Shown piece after piece: positions 52,946 to 63,122 of a stretch of DNA of 64,000 nt. The stretch covers positions 4,794 through 68,793 of IMG/VR virus record IMGVR_UViG_3300046784_000021; one strand, given 5' to 3'. The translations under genes and the position numbers were made by a program. The first letter of the stretch is position 1. Each line of letters opens with the position of its first letter. The notes below the pieces were generated by a model, which searched no databases, was not told the DNA's origin, and saw nothing but the letters and a program-made list of their open reading frames with translations. This DNA is from a virus (taxonomy: Duplodnaviria > Caudoviricetes).

Positions 52946-55900
52946 CAGGCCCGCCCCCTGTCGAACTTACGAAGTGCTTCCTTCATCTCCGACACCAGGG
53001 CGTTCGCCGCCGCGCGCCGGTCAGCCGGGCTGGAGAAGTCGAACGTCCCGGACACGGTGACGTTCTCGATCGTCACGCTGCCGCCCCGGCTGCCGGACAC
53101 CAGCTGCTCGAACATCGCGGTCTGCTGCGCGTCCAGGACCCGCTCCGGCCGGCCGGTCCGGTTGACGGCCATCGTCGCCCCGGGCTGGAGCAGCCCGCCG
53201 CTGTCGTACTTCGCGGCCGGCGCGAAGCCCCAGCGGGAGGTGAACATCGAGTCGCTGTAGCCACGCGCGCTCTTGCCCATGTGGACGCCGCGACCGCCGG
53301 AGCTCTCGACGTTCATCCCGGCGAGCGTGCCAGCGGTGTGGCCGACGCCCGCGTTCGTGATACCGATCATGAATGGGGAGTTCAGGTTCCGGACCCAGCC
53401 CGACGGAGCGGACGCCCCGAACGCGCCGGTGGCCCAGCGCCGGTGGGGCTTCTGCCCGCGGATGACGGACTCGATCGCCGACATCAGACCCGAGCAGTCC
53501 CAAGACGGGTTGCCGTTGCCAGCCCACTGGTAGGGCAGACCGTTCTGGGTCTTCACCCAGGACAGGGCGCGCTGCACGGCCGGCCCGCCGATGGCCTTCT
53601 TGTCCTCCTTGCCGAACCAGCCGAGCATCCCGTCGACGGCCTTGTTCGCCAGGCCTCGCATCAGGTCGCCGATGCCGCTGCCGGGGACCTGGTTGATGAG
53701 CGGACGCACGAGGGAGCTGAGGGCTTTCTGCGCGGCCGCCTTGAGCCCGCCGATGACAAGGTCCTTGGCCCAGTCGTAGGCACCGGAGACGGCGTTGCCG
53801 ATGCCGGAGGTGACTCTGCCGACGATGCCGCCGGAGGCGTAGTGCTGAGTGCCGCCCTGGTAGCGCTGGCGTTCCTGCTGCCGGGAGGGGTTGCCGCCGG
53901 TGCGGGTGGGCCGGTCCTTGCCGAGCATGGCGTCGATGCCGCGGTGTCCGCCGAGTTGCGCGACCTGGGCGTTGGAGAGGATACGTTCACCGGGGGTGAG
54001 CATGGCGGGAACGGTGTCGCTGTTGCCGGTGCCGGGGACGACGCCGCCCCTGTTGAAGCCGAGGCTGATGGCGGGCAGTGTGATTTTGCTACTGATCTTT
54101 CCGGCGATGGAGTTCCACATGCTGCGGATGCCGCCGTAGACGTTCTTGATGACCCACTTGACCGGTGCGCCGATCTTCGATTTCACCCCGTCCCAGATGG
54201 TGCCGAGGCTGTCGCGCAGCGAAGTGAAGGCCGACTTCATGCCGTTCTTGAACGACGTGATCTTGCCGCTGATCGCGGTGAAGGTCCCCGAGATCTTGTC
54301 ACGGACCCCGTTCCACAGGCTGTTCCACGTCGAGGTGAGCCCGGACTTCAGCGAGGAGAGACTGCCCTTGAACCAGTTCCAGGCGTTGGAGACCGAGTTC
54401 CTGAGCCCGGTATAGAAGCCGTCCCACTTCGAGCGGGCCGCCGTCCACAGGTCCTTCCAGGTCTGCGCGACCCAGATCTTCAGAGTGGTGAAGATCTTCT
54501 TCGTGTTCGTCCACAGCTGCGCGAACCAGCCGGTGATCGCGTTCACCAGGTCCGGGATGATGCTGTGCCCGACGAGGACGTCGTACAGCCACTGGAACCA
54601 GCCGACGATCGTCTTCACTCCGGTGGCCATGCCGTTGACGAACGAGGTGATCGACGCGGTCACCGTCGTGATCACCGGGACGAGGATGCTGATCGCACCG
54701 GCGAGGACACCCGTGAGGAGCTGCGCCAGGCCGACGATGAGCGGCATCAGCGGGGTGATGACCCGCATCGCCAGGTTCAGCAGCGACACCGTGAGCTGCG
54801 CTAGTGGAGGGATCAGGGGCAACAGCGCCGGGTAGAGCCGCGCGAACAGGGGAGTGATCTGCGCGAACAGCCCGGCGAACTGCTGGATCACCGGCACGAG
54901 CGCCTGGATGACCGGTGCCAGGCCCGTCGCAAGCGAGGTGATGAGTGGCACGAGAGCCGCGCCCAGGGACGAGATGATCGGGGCGAACGCCTGGATGATC
55001 GCGCCGAGGACGTCTCCGATCGGCTTCAGCAGCGGCATCAGTGCCTGAGCCAGGCCGATCAGTACGCGGCCGATGTCCTTCGCGATCGGTAGTAGTGCGG
55101 TGATGATCGGCATGAGGGCTTGGCCCAGCGAGCTGGCTAGGTCCGCGAGGACGGGCGCGAACTGTGTCGCGAGCTGCGTGACCACCGGGGCGAGCGCGGC
55201 GAGCAGCGGCAGCGCTGCCTGGATCACCGCGCCGAGCGTCCCGGCCACCAACTTCGCGATCGCGTTGACCGCAGTGAAGATGCTCGTGAGCGCCTTCTGT
55301 ACCTCCGGCATCGCTGTGATCCGGCGAAGCTCTTTGAAGACCGCGCCGAGCCCGCCGAGCGCATCACCGCCAGCCGCGCTTGCGGCCTTCATGACGTTGC
55401 CGAGGGTTCCGAAGATGTCGCCGATCAGATGACCGAACTGGACGGCTACGTCCAACGCTTGATCAATGATCTTTTCGAGGTGGCCGTTCTTCGCGGACTG
55501 ATCGATCTGCTTCGACAGCCGGTCGAAGAACCCGCCCGACGCCGTCGTCACCCGCTTGAACGCCGGCGACGCCGCCACGGAGATCTGCGCGAGCCCGGTG
55601 ATGAACTGCCCCGGCACCTTCGCCAGTGGCTTCAGCCCGTCGTTGAGGCCGGCGAACATCTTCTTCAGCGTCCCGGCCTTGCCGAGGTTGGTGACGGCAT
55701 CGAACGCGTTCTTCGCCATCGAGTTAAGGACTGTTGCCGTCCCGGTCAGTCCGGTCTTCAGCGACGGCAGGATGGCCGTGGACATCGTCGAGAACCTGCT
55801 GCCCAACCCGGCGAACAGGGCGTTCTGCACGTCGAGCTTCAGCCCACGCCACGCTTCCCGCTGGGCGAGGACAGCGTTCACAAACTCCCGCGCGTTGGAG

Positions 55901-57591
55901 GACAGCTTCGACATGGCGTCGCCGAGCTTGTTCACCTGGCTCGCCGACTTCTCCTGAGCGTCCGCGAGGGCCTGCACCGCCTCCCGCGCGGCCTCCTGCG
56001 CATCCGCAATCGACCGCGCCCCGTCCACCGCAGCCTTCGCCGCTGCGGCCTGGGCATCCGCGACATCCCGCTGCGCCTTCGCGATCCGCTGCGCCCCATC
56101 CTCCTGCGCGCGAGCCGCCTCCAACTCGGAGTCCTTCAGCGCCTTCGTCTTGTCGGCGACCTCCTGGTTGGCGTCGGCAATGTCCTGCTTGGCCTTCGTC
56201 ACCTTCTCGGAGCCCTCGACACCAGCGGTGTCGGCCTGCGCGGTCTGCTCCTGGAGGCGGGCCGTCTCGGTCTGCTGCTCGGCCAGCGCCTGGACAGCCT
56301 TGTCGTACTGAAGCTGAGCCTTGTCGAGGTCTTCCTGCGTGGCCTTGGCCCCCTTGGCCTTGACCGCGGCGAGCTCCTGCTCGGCGTCCTGCAGGTCGAG
56401 AACCTTCTGCCGCTGGTCCAGCTGCGCATCGACCAGGCGGGCGTTGAGGTCTTCAAGCTCCTCAGCGGCCTCCTTCCGCGCCCCGTTGAGGTCCTCCTGC
56501 GCCTGCCGTGCCGCCCGCTGCGCGTCCGCGAGATCCCGCTCCGCAGACTCCACCGACTCCAGCGCACGCCGGTTGGCGTCCGCGACATCGTCGACCGTGT
56601 TTGCGAGGCTCTGCTGCGCATCCTGAATGTCCCGGGCGGCCTTCACTCGGGCCTCGGCAGCGTTGACCTCCGCGTCCTTCACCGCCTGCTGCGCCTTCGC
56701 AAGCGACCGCTGTGCCGCCTCGACCCGGCGGGCGGAGTTCTCAGCGGCCTTCGCGGACTTCGTGGCCGGTGCGAACGCGGCCTTGAACGCGTCACCAATC
56801 CCCGACGTGCCGATCTTGATGGCCGCGAACACGGACGCCAGCGACAACACCGCCGGAGCGGCCAACGCGGCAGCTGGGCCCATCGCCGCGATCGACTGCG
56901 CGAGCGACGCGATTGTCGGCAGCGCGCCGACAGCTAGGCCGACCAGCTGCGCGATCCGCGACGACAGGATCCCGACGCCGCCAGCGGAACCGCCCGCGCC
57001 ACCGCCGAGGTTGTTCAGGCCCGCGAGGCTGCCGAGGAGTCGGGTGCGGACGTTGACGGTGCGGTCGCGGGTCAGGAACCGCAGGGAGTTGTTTGCGTCG
57101 GTGGTGTCGGCGCGGGCTTGCACGGTCATGGTGCGGCGGCGGACGAGGTTGGCGATGCTGTCGGCCGCGACCCTTGTGTCGACGTCGATGCCGATGCGGA
57201 CCTGGCGGCGTTGGGTGAGGTTGCGGATTTCGTCGGCGGCGACCCGCGCGTCCACGGAGGCGCGGATGTTGACCGTGCGTTCCTTCGTCAGCCGATCCAA
57301 CTGCGACTTCACGCGGTTGTAGGCGGCATCCGACATCTTCGGGCTGACGGTGACCTCGAGGTCCTTCAGCTTCAGCCGGTCGAGGGCAGCCTCGTCGAGC
57401 TTGATCTTGACGTTGACGAGGCGTTCACGAGCGAGCCGTTCGAGCTTGGCGAGCGCATCCCGGTCGTCGAGCTGAACGCCGACCTTCACCGCGTTCTTCT
57501 TGGACTTCAGGCGGTCCATGGCGCGGTCGTAGGAGGACTCGTCGGCTGTGACTTCGACGTATCCCTCGGCGATGCGAAAGCTACCCGCCAC
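52945..57591 (-). CDS. Tape measure protein with C-terminal NlpC/P60-like domain
   Basis: 1548 aa Ala-rich helical; GLPYQWAG...WDCSGL. Confidence 0.95.
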   Translation of the reverse strand: MAGSFRIAEGYVEVTADESSYDRAMDRLKSKKNAVKVGVQLDDRDALAKLERLARERLVNVKIKLDEAALDRLKLKDLEVTVSPKMSDAAYNRVKSQLDRLTKERTVNIRASVDARVAADEIRNLTQRRQVRIGIDVDTRVAADSIANLVRRRTMTVQARADTTDANNSLRFLTRDRTVNVRTRLLGSLAGLNNLGGGAGGSAGGVGILSSRIAQLVGLAVGALPTIASLAQSIAAMGPAAALAAPAVLSLASVFAAIKIGTSGIGDAFKAAFAPATKSAKAAENSARRVEAAQRSLAKAQQAVKDAEVNAAEARVKAARDIQDAQQSLANTVDDVADANRRALESVESAERDLADAQRAARQAQEDLNGARKEAAEELEDLNARLVDAQLDQRQKVLDLQDAEQELAAVKAKGAKATQEDLDKAQLQYDKAVQALAEQQTETARLQEQTAQADTAGVEGSEKVTKAKQDIADANQEVADKTKALKDSELEAARAQEDGAQRIAKAQRDVADAQAAAAKAAVDGARSIADAQEAAREAVQALADAQEKSASQVNKLGDAMSKLSSNAREFVNAVLAQREAWRGLKLDVQNALFAGLGSRFSTMSTAILPSLKTGLTGTATVLNSMAKNAFDAVTNLGKAGTLKKMFAGLNDGLKPLAKVPGQFITGLAQISVAASPAFKRVTTASGGFFDRLSKQIDQSAKNGHLEKIIDQALDVAVQFGHLIGDIFGTLGNVMKAASAAGGDALGGLGAVFKELRRITAMPEVQKALTSIFTAVNAIAKLVAGTLGAVIQAALPLLAALAPVVTQLATQFAPVLADLASSLGQALMPIITALLPIAKDIGRVLIGLAQALMPLLKPIGDVLGAIIQAFAPIISSLGAALVPLITSLATGLAPVIQALVPVIQQFAGLFAQITPLFARLYPALLPLIPPLAQLTVSLLNLAMRVITPLMPLIVGLAQLLTGVLAGAISILVPVITTVTASITSFVNGMATGVKTIVGWFQWLYDVLVGHSIIPDLVNAITGWFAQLWTNTKKIFTTLKIWVAQTWKDLWTAARSKWDGFYTGLRNSVSNAWNWFKGSLSSLKSGLTSTWNSLWNGVRDKISGTFTAISGKITSFKNGMKSAFTSLRDSLGTIWDGVKSKIGAPVKWVIKNVYGGIRSMWNSIAGKISSKITLPAISLGFNRGGVVPGTGNSDTVPAMLTPGERILSNAQVAQLGGHRGIDAMLGKDRPTRTGGNPSRQQERQRYQGGTQHYASGGIVGRVTSGIGNAVSGAYDWAKDLVIGGLKAAAQKALSSLVRPLINQVPGSGIGDLMRGLANKAVDGMLGWFGKEDKKAIGGPAVQRALSWVKTQNGLPYQWAGNGNPSWDCSGLMSAIESVIRGQKPHRRWATGAFGASAPSGWVRNLNSPFMIGITNAGVGHTAGTLAGMNVESSGGRGVHMGKSARGYSDSMFTSRWGFAPAAKYDSGGLLQPGATMAVNRTGRPERVLDAQQTAMFEQLVSGSRGGSVTIENVTVSGTFDFSSPADRRAAANALVSEMKEALRKFDRGRA

Positions 57592-57973
57592 CTGCGCTTC
57601 CTCCGCTCACGCTCACGAGCCCCGGGAATTGCGCCCGGAACTGGGTCAGCGAGATCTCGGTCTTCTCGCTGCTGCCGCTCCCAGATGGGGCGGCGGTCGT
57701 GCTCGTGCGGGTTGGGGTGCTGCGTATCGGTTCCTGCTGCTCGCGTTCCTCCTCGGCGCGGGCGGCCATCACGCCCTGGTAGGCGGTCAGCCGGTACACC
57801 AGCGCAAAGTAGCGGGGTGCGCTGATCTCTTGCTCAAGGAGATCGATGCCGTAGATGGCCAGGAAGTCGGCGTCGATGTCGTCCTGGTGGTCAAGGATCC
57901 ACAGGAGTTCCTCGACGCGGTCGACGATGGTCTGTGCGCAGGCCGGCTCCCGAATCTCGTTGAGGAGCCGCAC
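57581..57973 (-). CDS. Tail assembly chaperone, -1 frameshift extension
   Basis: In -1 frame relative to 57982-58374 and open through the slippery site. Confidence 0.8.
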   Translation of the reverse strand: MRLLNEIREPACAQTIVDRVEELLWILDHQDDIDADFLAIYGIDLLEQEISAPRYFALVYRLTAYQGVMAARAEEEREQQEPIRSTPTRTSTTAAPSGSGSSEKTEISLTQFRAQFPGLVSVSGGSAGGG

Positions 57974-57981
57974 CCACGCGG

Positions 57982-58374
57982 CTACTTCGCTTTTCCCCCC
58001 TTCGGGTTCCGGCCGAGACCGAGGTCGAGGACCTTCTCAACGATCCATTCCAGCTGGTCCTCGGTCAGCGCCCTCGACTGCTCCAACGCCATGTAGGCGT
58101 CCTCGCCGAGCACGCGAGTGAGGAGCGGTGCGGTGGCCAGGTCGCGGCCGTGCTCGCGGGCCTCACGCATGAACTGCAGCGCTACGCCCGGCGGGATGAC
58201 TTTCGGGATCGTGTACTCGTTGTCGCCGATGTAGAAGAGCGCCACGCGCTCCTCTTCTAGGTCGTCGTCGGAGTCGATCCGCAGCGGCTCGAAGTCCAGA
58301 CCGCCGCCGATGGCGGGCTTGGCCGCGGCGCGCTTGCGTGCGGCTGCGGTGCTCTGACGGGTGGTGGATGCCAT
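57982..58374 (-). CDS. Tail assembly chaperone
   Basis: GAGGAG RBS; ends in GGGGGGAAAA slippery sequence. Confidence 0.85.
   Translation of the reverse strand: MASTTRQSTAAARKRAAAKPAIGGGLDFEPLRIDSDDDLEEERVALFYIGDNEYTIPKVIPPGVALQFMREAREHGRDLATAPLLTRVLGEDAYMALEQSRALTEDQLEWIVEKVLDLGLGRNPKGGKAK
57991..58000 (-). other. Programmed -1 frameshift site GGGGGGAAAA
   Basis: 3' end of chaperone; -1 slip reads GGKSEVAAWVRLL into 57581-57973 ORF. Confidence 0.8.
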
Positions 58375-58400
58375 GGGTGGTGCTCCTCGCTTGGGCAGGG

Positions 58401-58913
58401 TCAGTTGGGCTGGCCGACGGGCGGCAGGACGTTGCGGAGAGAGAGCGAGTAGGCAGCAGCCGCAGCCAGCAGGTCCGGGTCGTCGTTGAACTGCCCGAGC
58501 CCGATGTTGCAGCGACGGCACAGCACGCCGCGGATGCACTCTCCGCAGGTCTTGCTGCCCTGGCAGCAAGCGTGATCGTGATCGACGTGGAACGCGTCAC
58601 TGAGGGGCAGGCGACAGAGCGCGCATGCTCCGCCCTGCGCCTCGATCAGACCAGCAATCTCGGCGCTGCTCAGCCCGTACTTATAGCGGCGCGCCGCCTC
58701 GCTCACGGCTTCCTTGTTGCGGCGCTGGTAGGCGACAGCGGACGCGCGCCGTCGCTCCGGATCACGATGGCGGTACGCCGCCGAGTACCCCCGGTCCTTC
58801 TCCCGCTTGCACGAGATGCACCAGGGGTGCAGGCCGTCAGCCTGATCCGCGCGAAGAGGGAACCGCTCCACGAGCTTCTCCTCGCCGCAATGCGAGCACG
58901 TCTTTGTCGTCAC
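58401..58913 (-). CDS. Endonuclease VII-like HNH (free-standing homing endonuclease)
   Basis: KTCSHCGEEK...WCISC; QGGACALC...HVDHDH...IRGVLCRRCNIGLG. Confidence 0.9.
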   Translation of the reverse strand: MTTKTCSHCGEEKLVERFPLRADQADGLHPWCISCKREKDRGYSAAYRHRDPERRRASAVAYQRRNKEAVSEAARRYKYGLSSAEIAGLIEAQGGACALCRLPLSDAFHVDHDHACCQGSKTCGECIRGVLCRRCNIGLGQFNDDPDLLAAAAAYSLSLRNVLPPVGQPN

Positions 58914-59473
58914 ACTTGATCCACAATGTGGAAGGGGGTGATGACCGAGCTGACGTAGTGCCCGGTGAACTTGACCGGGATCAAGGTCTGCTTGTCCTTG
59001 GTGTAGGCGAGCTCGGTGCTGTCGGTGTTGAGCATTCGGCGGCCGATGATGCGGCGGGTGCCGCCGGGGCCATAGCCGTCCATGATTACGGCGAAGTAGT
59101 TCGGCTGCGTTGCCGAGCTCGTCACGTTCGGGTCGAAGGACTTGAAGCCCGAACCGCTCGCGGCGGTGCCGCCGTTGAGGCTGATGGACAGGTTCTCCAG
59201 CGTGGCCTCGGCGAGGGAGGTCTCGATGGTGAAGTCCTGCTTGGTCAGTCGGCTGCCGACGCGGAGGGTGATCTGGTCGACCTCCAGCTCCGAGTAGGTC
59301 TGGTCGACGCTGAGCTTGACGCCGTCCTGGGTGCCGCCCAGGTCCGTCCAGGACGACGCAGGCGGGGCGGTGTTCACCGCGGTGTCCGCAGGCTCCGTCG
59401 CACCGTAGGCACCCTTGTAGAGGGTCGCCGGACCTTGAATAAGATTCGTGGTAGTTACAGTGATCGGACTCAC
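58910..59473 (-). CDS. Major tail protein
   Basis: NLIQGPATLY...WTDLGGTQDGV...IETSLAEATLENL. Confidence 0.9.
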   Translation of the reverse strand: MSPITVTTTNLIQGPATLYKGAYGATEPADTAVNTAPPASSWTDLGGTQDGVKLSVDQTYSELEVDQITLRVGSRLTKQDFTIETSLAEATLENLSISLNGGTAASGSGFKSFDPNVTSSATQPNYFAVIMDGYGPGGTRRIIGRRMLNTDSTELAYTKDKQTLIPVKFTGHYVSSVITPFHIVDQV

Positions 59474-59524
59474 ATCCTTCAGACGGCGGCCAACTGAGGC
59501 CGGTGTTCGGTGTTGTGCGCGGCG

Positions 59525-59713
59525 CTAGTCGGACTTCGCCGTCGTGGTGGTCTTCTTCGCGGGGGCGGCTGGTACCGCGGGTGCGGCCGCGGGCGGCGCG
59601 CTCGGTGTGGGTTCGGGGTCGAGGAGGATCCCCTGCCGCTGGAAGTCCAGGAAGGTCGCGTCGTCGACGTTGATCTCCCGGTCGGGCTGCATGGTGGTCC
59701 GGACGGTGCGCAT
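59525..59713 (-). CDS. Small virion-module protein
   Basis: MRTVRTTMQPDREINVDDA. Confidence 0.6.
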   Translation of the reverse strand: MRTVRTTMQPDREINVDDATFLDFQRQGILLDPEPTPSAPPAAAPAVPAAPAKKTTTTAKSD

Positions 59714-59940
59714 CAGGGGTAGTCGCTCCTCACGAGTGGGAACCGGTGGTGGCTGAAGTGCGGATGATGGCGGAGCTCGATGGTCTGTTCGGGCGGGATC
59801 GACCGCGGGCACTCGACGATCCGGATGTCGCCGGTCAGCAGGAACTCCAACTCCCCGCGGGAGTTGTGGACGATGACCCTGCCGTTCCAGCTGGCGAGCT
59901 CCCCGCCCAGCCCGGTGCCTTGGATGGCGTAGCGGCTCAC
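59713..59940 (-). CDS. Small hypothetical protein
   Basis: GTGA coupled to tail terminator. Confidence 0.6.
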   Translation of the reverse strand: MSRYAIQGTGLGGELASWNGRVIVHNSRGELEFLLTGDIRIVECPRSIPPEQTIELRHHPHFSHHRFPLVRSDYP

Positions 59941-60386
59941 GACGACACCTCCGTCCACGCGATGACCAGCCCCGGAATCGAGTAGCGGGCGTAGGAGGAG
60001 GCGTCGTCCCAGATCCGCCGGTGCTCGCCCACCGTGTACGCCGACAGCACCTGCGCCTGCGGGTAGCCGGCCGGAAGGGTGAGGCGCTGCGGGATGGTGG
60101 GGTGGTCGTAGCAGGCGGCCTGGATCGCTTCGGCGAGCGCGGCGGCCTTGTTCCACGGCGGCTTCTGCGAGTCGGGGTTGTGCGCCCAGCAGTCGACCGC
60201 CGTCACCGGCTCGCGCAGGGGTACGTACAGGTTGGGGGTGCCGCCTGCGGTGACGAGCGTGACGAACCCCGACGCCGCCCATGACGAGTTGTCCTTCGGA
60301 AGGGTCGTGGCCACACGGTCTCCGACCACGGTCTTCAGCCAGGCGGTGGCGACGAGTTCGGGCGTAGCCCGCAGCTGGAGGCTCAT
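59937..60386 (-). CDS. Tail terminator/completion protein
   Basis: Position; VDCWA motif. Confidence 0.7.
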   Translation of the reverse strand: MSLQLRATPELVATAWLKTVVGDRVATTLPKDNSSWAASGFVTLVTAGGTPNLYVPLREPVTAVDCWAHNPDSQKPPWNKAAALAEAIQAACYDHPTIPQRLTLPAGYPQAQVLSAYTVGEHRRIWDDASSYARYSIPGLVIAWTEVSS

Positions 60387-60754
60387 GCCGTCCTCCGTTG
60401 GAAAAGAGCCGGCCGCAAGTACGGCATGGGCGGGGTCCCGGGGTGGTTGACCCTGGCGACCGGGTGGTCGGCGCCTTCCCAGTACAGGGCCTGCTTGAAC
60501 CGCGGTTTGATGACGTGCGGGCTGGTGCCCATCTCCACGTCGGTGGCGTAGTTGCAGTCCAGCGACCCAACCCGGAGGACCTTGTCGTGGCACTCGGCCC
60601 GGAGGGAGTCACGGAGCCGGCCAGTGCGCTTGTGCACGTAATTGCGGGCGTCGCCGAGGATGGCGTCGCCGATGGTGCCGCCAAGCCAGTCGGTGATCGC
60701 CTGGTCGACGTGTGCACGCGCTGAGGGGTCGATCCGCACGCCGGACTTGCCCAT
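60383..60754 (-). CDS. HK97 gp10-like neck protein
   Basis: HKRTGRLRDSL...YATDVEMGT. Confidence 0.8.
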   Translation of the reverse strand: MGKSGVRIDPSARAHVDQAITDWLGGTIGDAILGDARNYVHKRTGRLRDSLRAECHDKVLRVGSLDCNYATDVEMGTSPHVIKPRFKQALYWEGADHPVARVNHPGTPPMPYLRPALFQRRTA

Positions 60755-60857
60755 GGCCGCCCTCCTCTCCGGGGGTGGTCGCTCGCTGGCCGCCCGGTCT
60801 CCCCGGGCTGTGTGGCCTCTTCAGTTCTTGATCGCTTTACGGGAGCCCATAAAGTGA

Positions 60858-61190
60858 TCAGGTGGTGCGCCGCAGATCCAGCCGGAGGTCCGGCACGGCC
60901 GCGGGGTTGGCCATCGACGAAACCGCGTCGACGATGTAGACAGCGCCGGTGCGCTCGTCGCGCACCCGGTCCTGGTCGGTGACGTCGGTCCGGGCCGGAA
61001 CCCGGGCGACGGCGTAGCGGACGATGCGTGGTGTCGGGTCGTCGCGCGTGGTGACCCGCCGGGACTGCTCCGTCAGGCTCGCCGGGACGCCAGCCGCCAC
61101 AGGGGTGTCGGTGTCCCGCTCGTCCCCGTAGGCGTCCGTGGTGGTGCCGCGCAAAATCGCGATGGTGGTGGTTGCGATGGCCTGCATCAC
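60858..61190 (-). CDS. Head closure / head-tail adaptor
   Basis: DAYGDE...DRVRDERTGAVYIV. Confidence 0.75.
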   Translation of the reverse strand: MMQAIATTTIAILRGTTTDAYGDERDTDTPVAAGVPASLTEQSRRVTTRDDPTPRIVRYAVARVPARTDVTDQDRVRDERTGAVYIVDAVSSMANPAAVPDLRLDLRRTT

Positions 61191-61633
61191 GGCCCCCCGG
61201 TGTACGGGGCCCAGACGAGCGAGTCGTCACTGCCATCGGTCAGCGGGTCACCGAGGATCGGGCCGGCACCCTCGATCGCAGAGCGGACGTGCACGGTCCT
61301 GGACCGCATCCACGACACCCGTCGCAGGGCGCGTGCGGCCATGGGGGCGAGGACCAGGCCGTCATCCTTCAGCGTGGTGGAGACCTGGTCTTGCTGAATC
61401 TGCGTGGCATCCAGCCGCGTCTCCAGCCCGAACTGCCCCGCGATCCACGCTGCTTGGTAGGCGACGGCCTGGCCCAGCCAGTGAAGGTCCCGCGTCCGCA
61501 TCCGGTCCTGGTCGGCATAGATGCGGTTGCTGAAGACCTCGATTGCGGCCTGAGCCTGGGCAAGCTGCTGATCCGTCACCGACACGCCGGTGGTGCCGAT
61601 GACGTCTTGCGCGGTCGCCCAGGCGTTGACCAT
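61187..61633 (-). CDS. Head-tail connector
   Basis: WATAQDV...AVAYQAAW; position after capsid. Confidence 0.75.
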   Translation of the reverse strand: MVNAWATAQDVIGTTGVSVTDQQLAQAQAAIEVFSNRIYADQDRMRTRDLHWLGQAVAYQAAWIAGQFGLETRLDATQIQQDQVSTTLKDDGLVLAPMAARALRRVSWMRSRTVHVRSAIEGAGPILGDPLTDGSDDSLVWAPYTGGP

Positions 61634-61635
61634 GA

Positions 61636-62010
61636 CTAGCCCTCGCCCTCGATCACTGAGCGCGGGGTGGTGGTGCCCTCCGGGCGGTGGTCGACCGACG
61701 CGGGAACGGTCTCCACCGAGTACCTCAGCGTCAGCGACACCCCGTCCGGGTGTCCCTCGGCGCCGTCGAATGTCACGTCACCGCGCGGGTGAAGGCCGCG
61801 CTGGATCGCCTCGTTGACGACGCCGACGCGGTTTGCTTCGTGCTGGTAGTCCTCGTCGTTCCACCGTGCGGCGAGTACGACGAACTCCTTCACGAAGCGC
61901 ATGCCGTCGGAGCCGTCGGCCGATCGCTCGTCGACCTCAACTTCGGGCTGTCCGGCCTTCGCCGGGTGCTGCTTCGCCCGCGCGCTGGTGGTCTTCTTCG
62001 CTACTGCCAC
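61636..62010 (-). CDS. Head-module hypothetical protein
   Basis: Directly after capsid gene. Confidence 0.65.
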   Translation of the reverse strand: MAVAKKTTSARAKQHPAKAGQPEVEVDERSADGSDGMRFVKEFVVLAARWNDEDYQHEANRVGVVNEAIQRGLHPRGDVTFDGAEGHPDGVSLTLRYSVETVPASVDHRPEGTTTPRSVIEGEG

Positions 62011-62073
62011 GGCTCACCTCCCAGGTCAGCTGTACCGCCCGGAGCCAGCGGGCGGTACAGCGTTGTTGGGGGG

Positions 62074-62988
62074 TCAGCCGACGAGGATGCTGGCACCGTT
62101 GGGGTGGCCGTAGGCGAAGCCGCGGCGGGCGCGCATCTTCAGGATCGACTCGTCGGTGAGGGCGGACAGTCCGTCACGACCGTCGATGAACACCGACTCC
62201 GGCCCGGAGCGGACGCCGAGGAGCATGAGCTCCGGGTTGACGAACGCCATGAGCGCGCGGCCGGTCGGGGTGCTGGTGGCGGTCGCGGCGAGCTTCGCCC
62301 CGAGGCTCCAGCGGATGTTGACACCGAAGACGGTGTCGGGAGTGCCGCCGAGGCCCTCGATGAAGATGGGCCGGTTCTGGGAGTCGAGGACGCCGCGCAG
62401 GCTCTTGCGGAACGCGGGGTGCGCGATGGCGACCATGGAGCCAGGGTCGAAGTAGTCGCCCGACTCGACGTTGCCGATCGCGGTGGAGAACTCCGAGTAC
62501 GTCGGCGCACCGGACGAGGAGGCGGTGGTGATGTTCGCGCCGCCGGTGTAGCTGAGGGTGGCGTCCGTGGTGTTCAGCAGCTGGTAGAGGCTGGTGAACG
62601 GAACCGTGGTGCCGTTGGACGCGGCCGACACGGCGAGGGACGCGTTGTCGATCATCTTGGCGTAGGACTTGCCCCAGCCCATCATCTTCGCCTCGATGAT
62701 GTTGGCGACCGAGTCGTCGATGTCCTCTTCCGCGATGCGGACGGCCTTGCCGAACTTGACCGCGCTGAGCAGGACTTCGTCGTTCAGCGAGGTGTCCTCG
62801 CCGTAGGTGCCGCCCTTGGCTACGACCGCGACATCCATGCCCGCGGTGCGGGGGACGTGCTTGGTGTCGGAGCCCATGGTGATACGGGCCGAGAGGGCCT
62901 CGACGGCGGACATCTGCTGGATGGACTGGACGACGCGGCTGGTCTCCCACTCTTCGGGGATCCACGCCTCCATCGTGTTGCGAGACAT
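62074..62988 (-). CDS. Major capsid protein (HK97 fold)
   Basis: AWIPEEW...VAKGGTYGE...KFGKAVRIAEEDIDDS...KMRARRGFA. Confidence 0.92.
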   Translation of the reverse strand: MSRNTMEAWIPEEWETSRVVQSIQQMSAVEALSARITMGSDTKHVPRTAGMDVAVVAKGGTYGEDTSLNDEVLLSAVKFGKAVRIAEEDIDDSVANIIEAKMMGWGKSYAKMIDNASLAVSAASNGTTVPFTSLYQLLNTTDATLSYTGGANITTASSSGAPTYSEFSTAIGNVESGDYFDPGSMVAIAHPAFRKSLRGVLDSQNRPIFIEGLGGTPDTVFGVNIRWSLGAKLAATATSTPTGRALMAFVNPELMLLGVRSGPESVFIDGRDGLSALTDESILKMRARRGFAYGHPNGASILVG

Positions 62989-63122
62989 GCTGGCCCTCCT
63001 GCGGGCGCGTGATGGGGAAGCTGGTCGGCTCGGGCCCCATCACGGGCGCCTTCGCAAGCAAGGGCGGTGTCCTGCTCCGATCGCCGGAGTAATTCACCTG
63101 ATGCTGAATATACCTCCCGGCG

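Noticed and set aside
57581-58374. Tail chaperone frameshift as a novelty or sequencing error
   Set aside because: Canonical programmed -1 frameshift of long-tailed phages
61687-63012. 441-aa + strand ORF opposite the capsid gene
   Set aside because: Antisense shadow from high-GC codon bias; no motifs. The same applies to 52819-54804, 55429-56937, 26098-27279, 21314-22603 and 20286-21710
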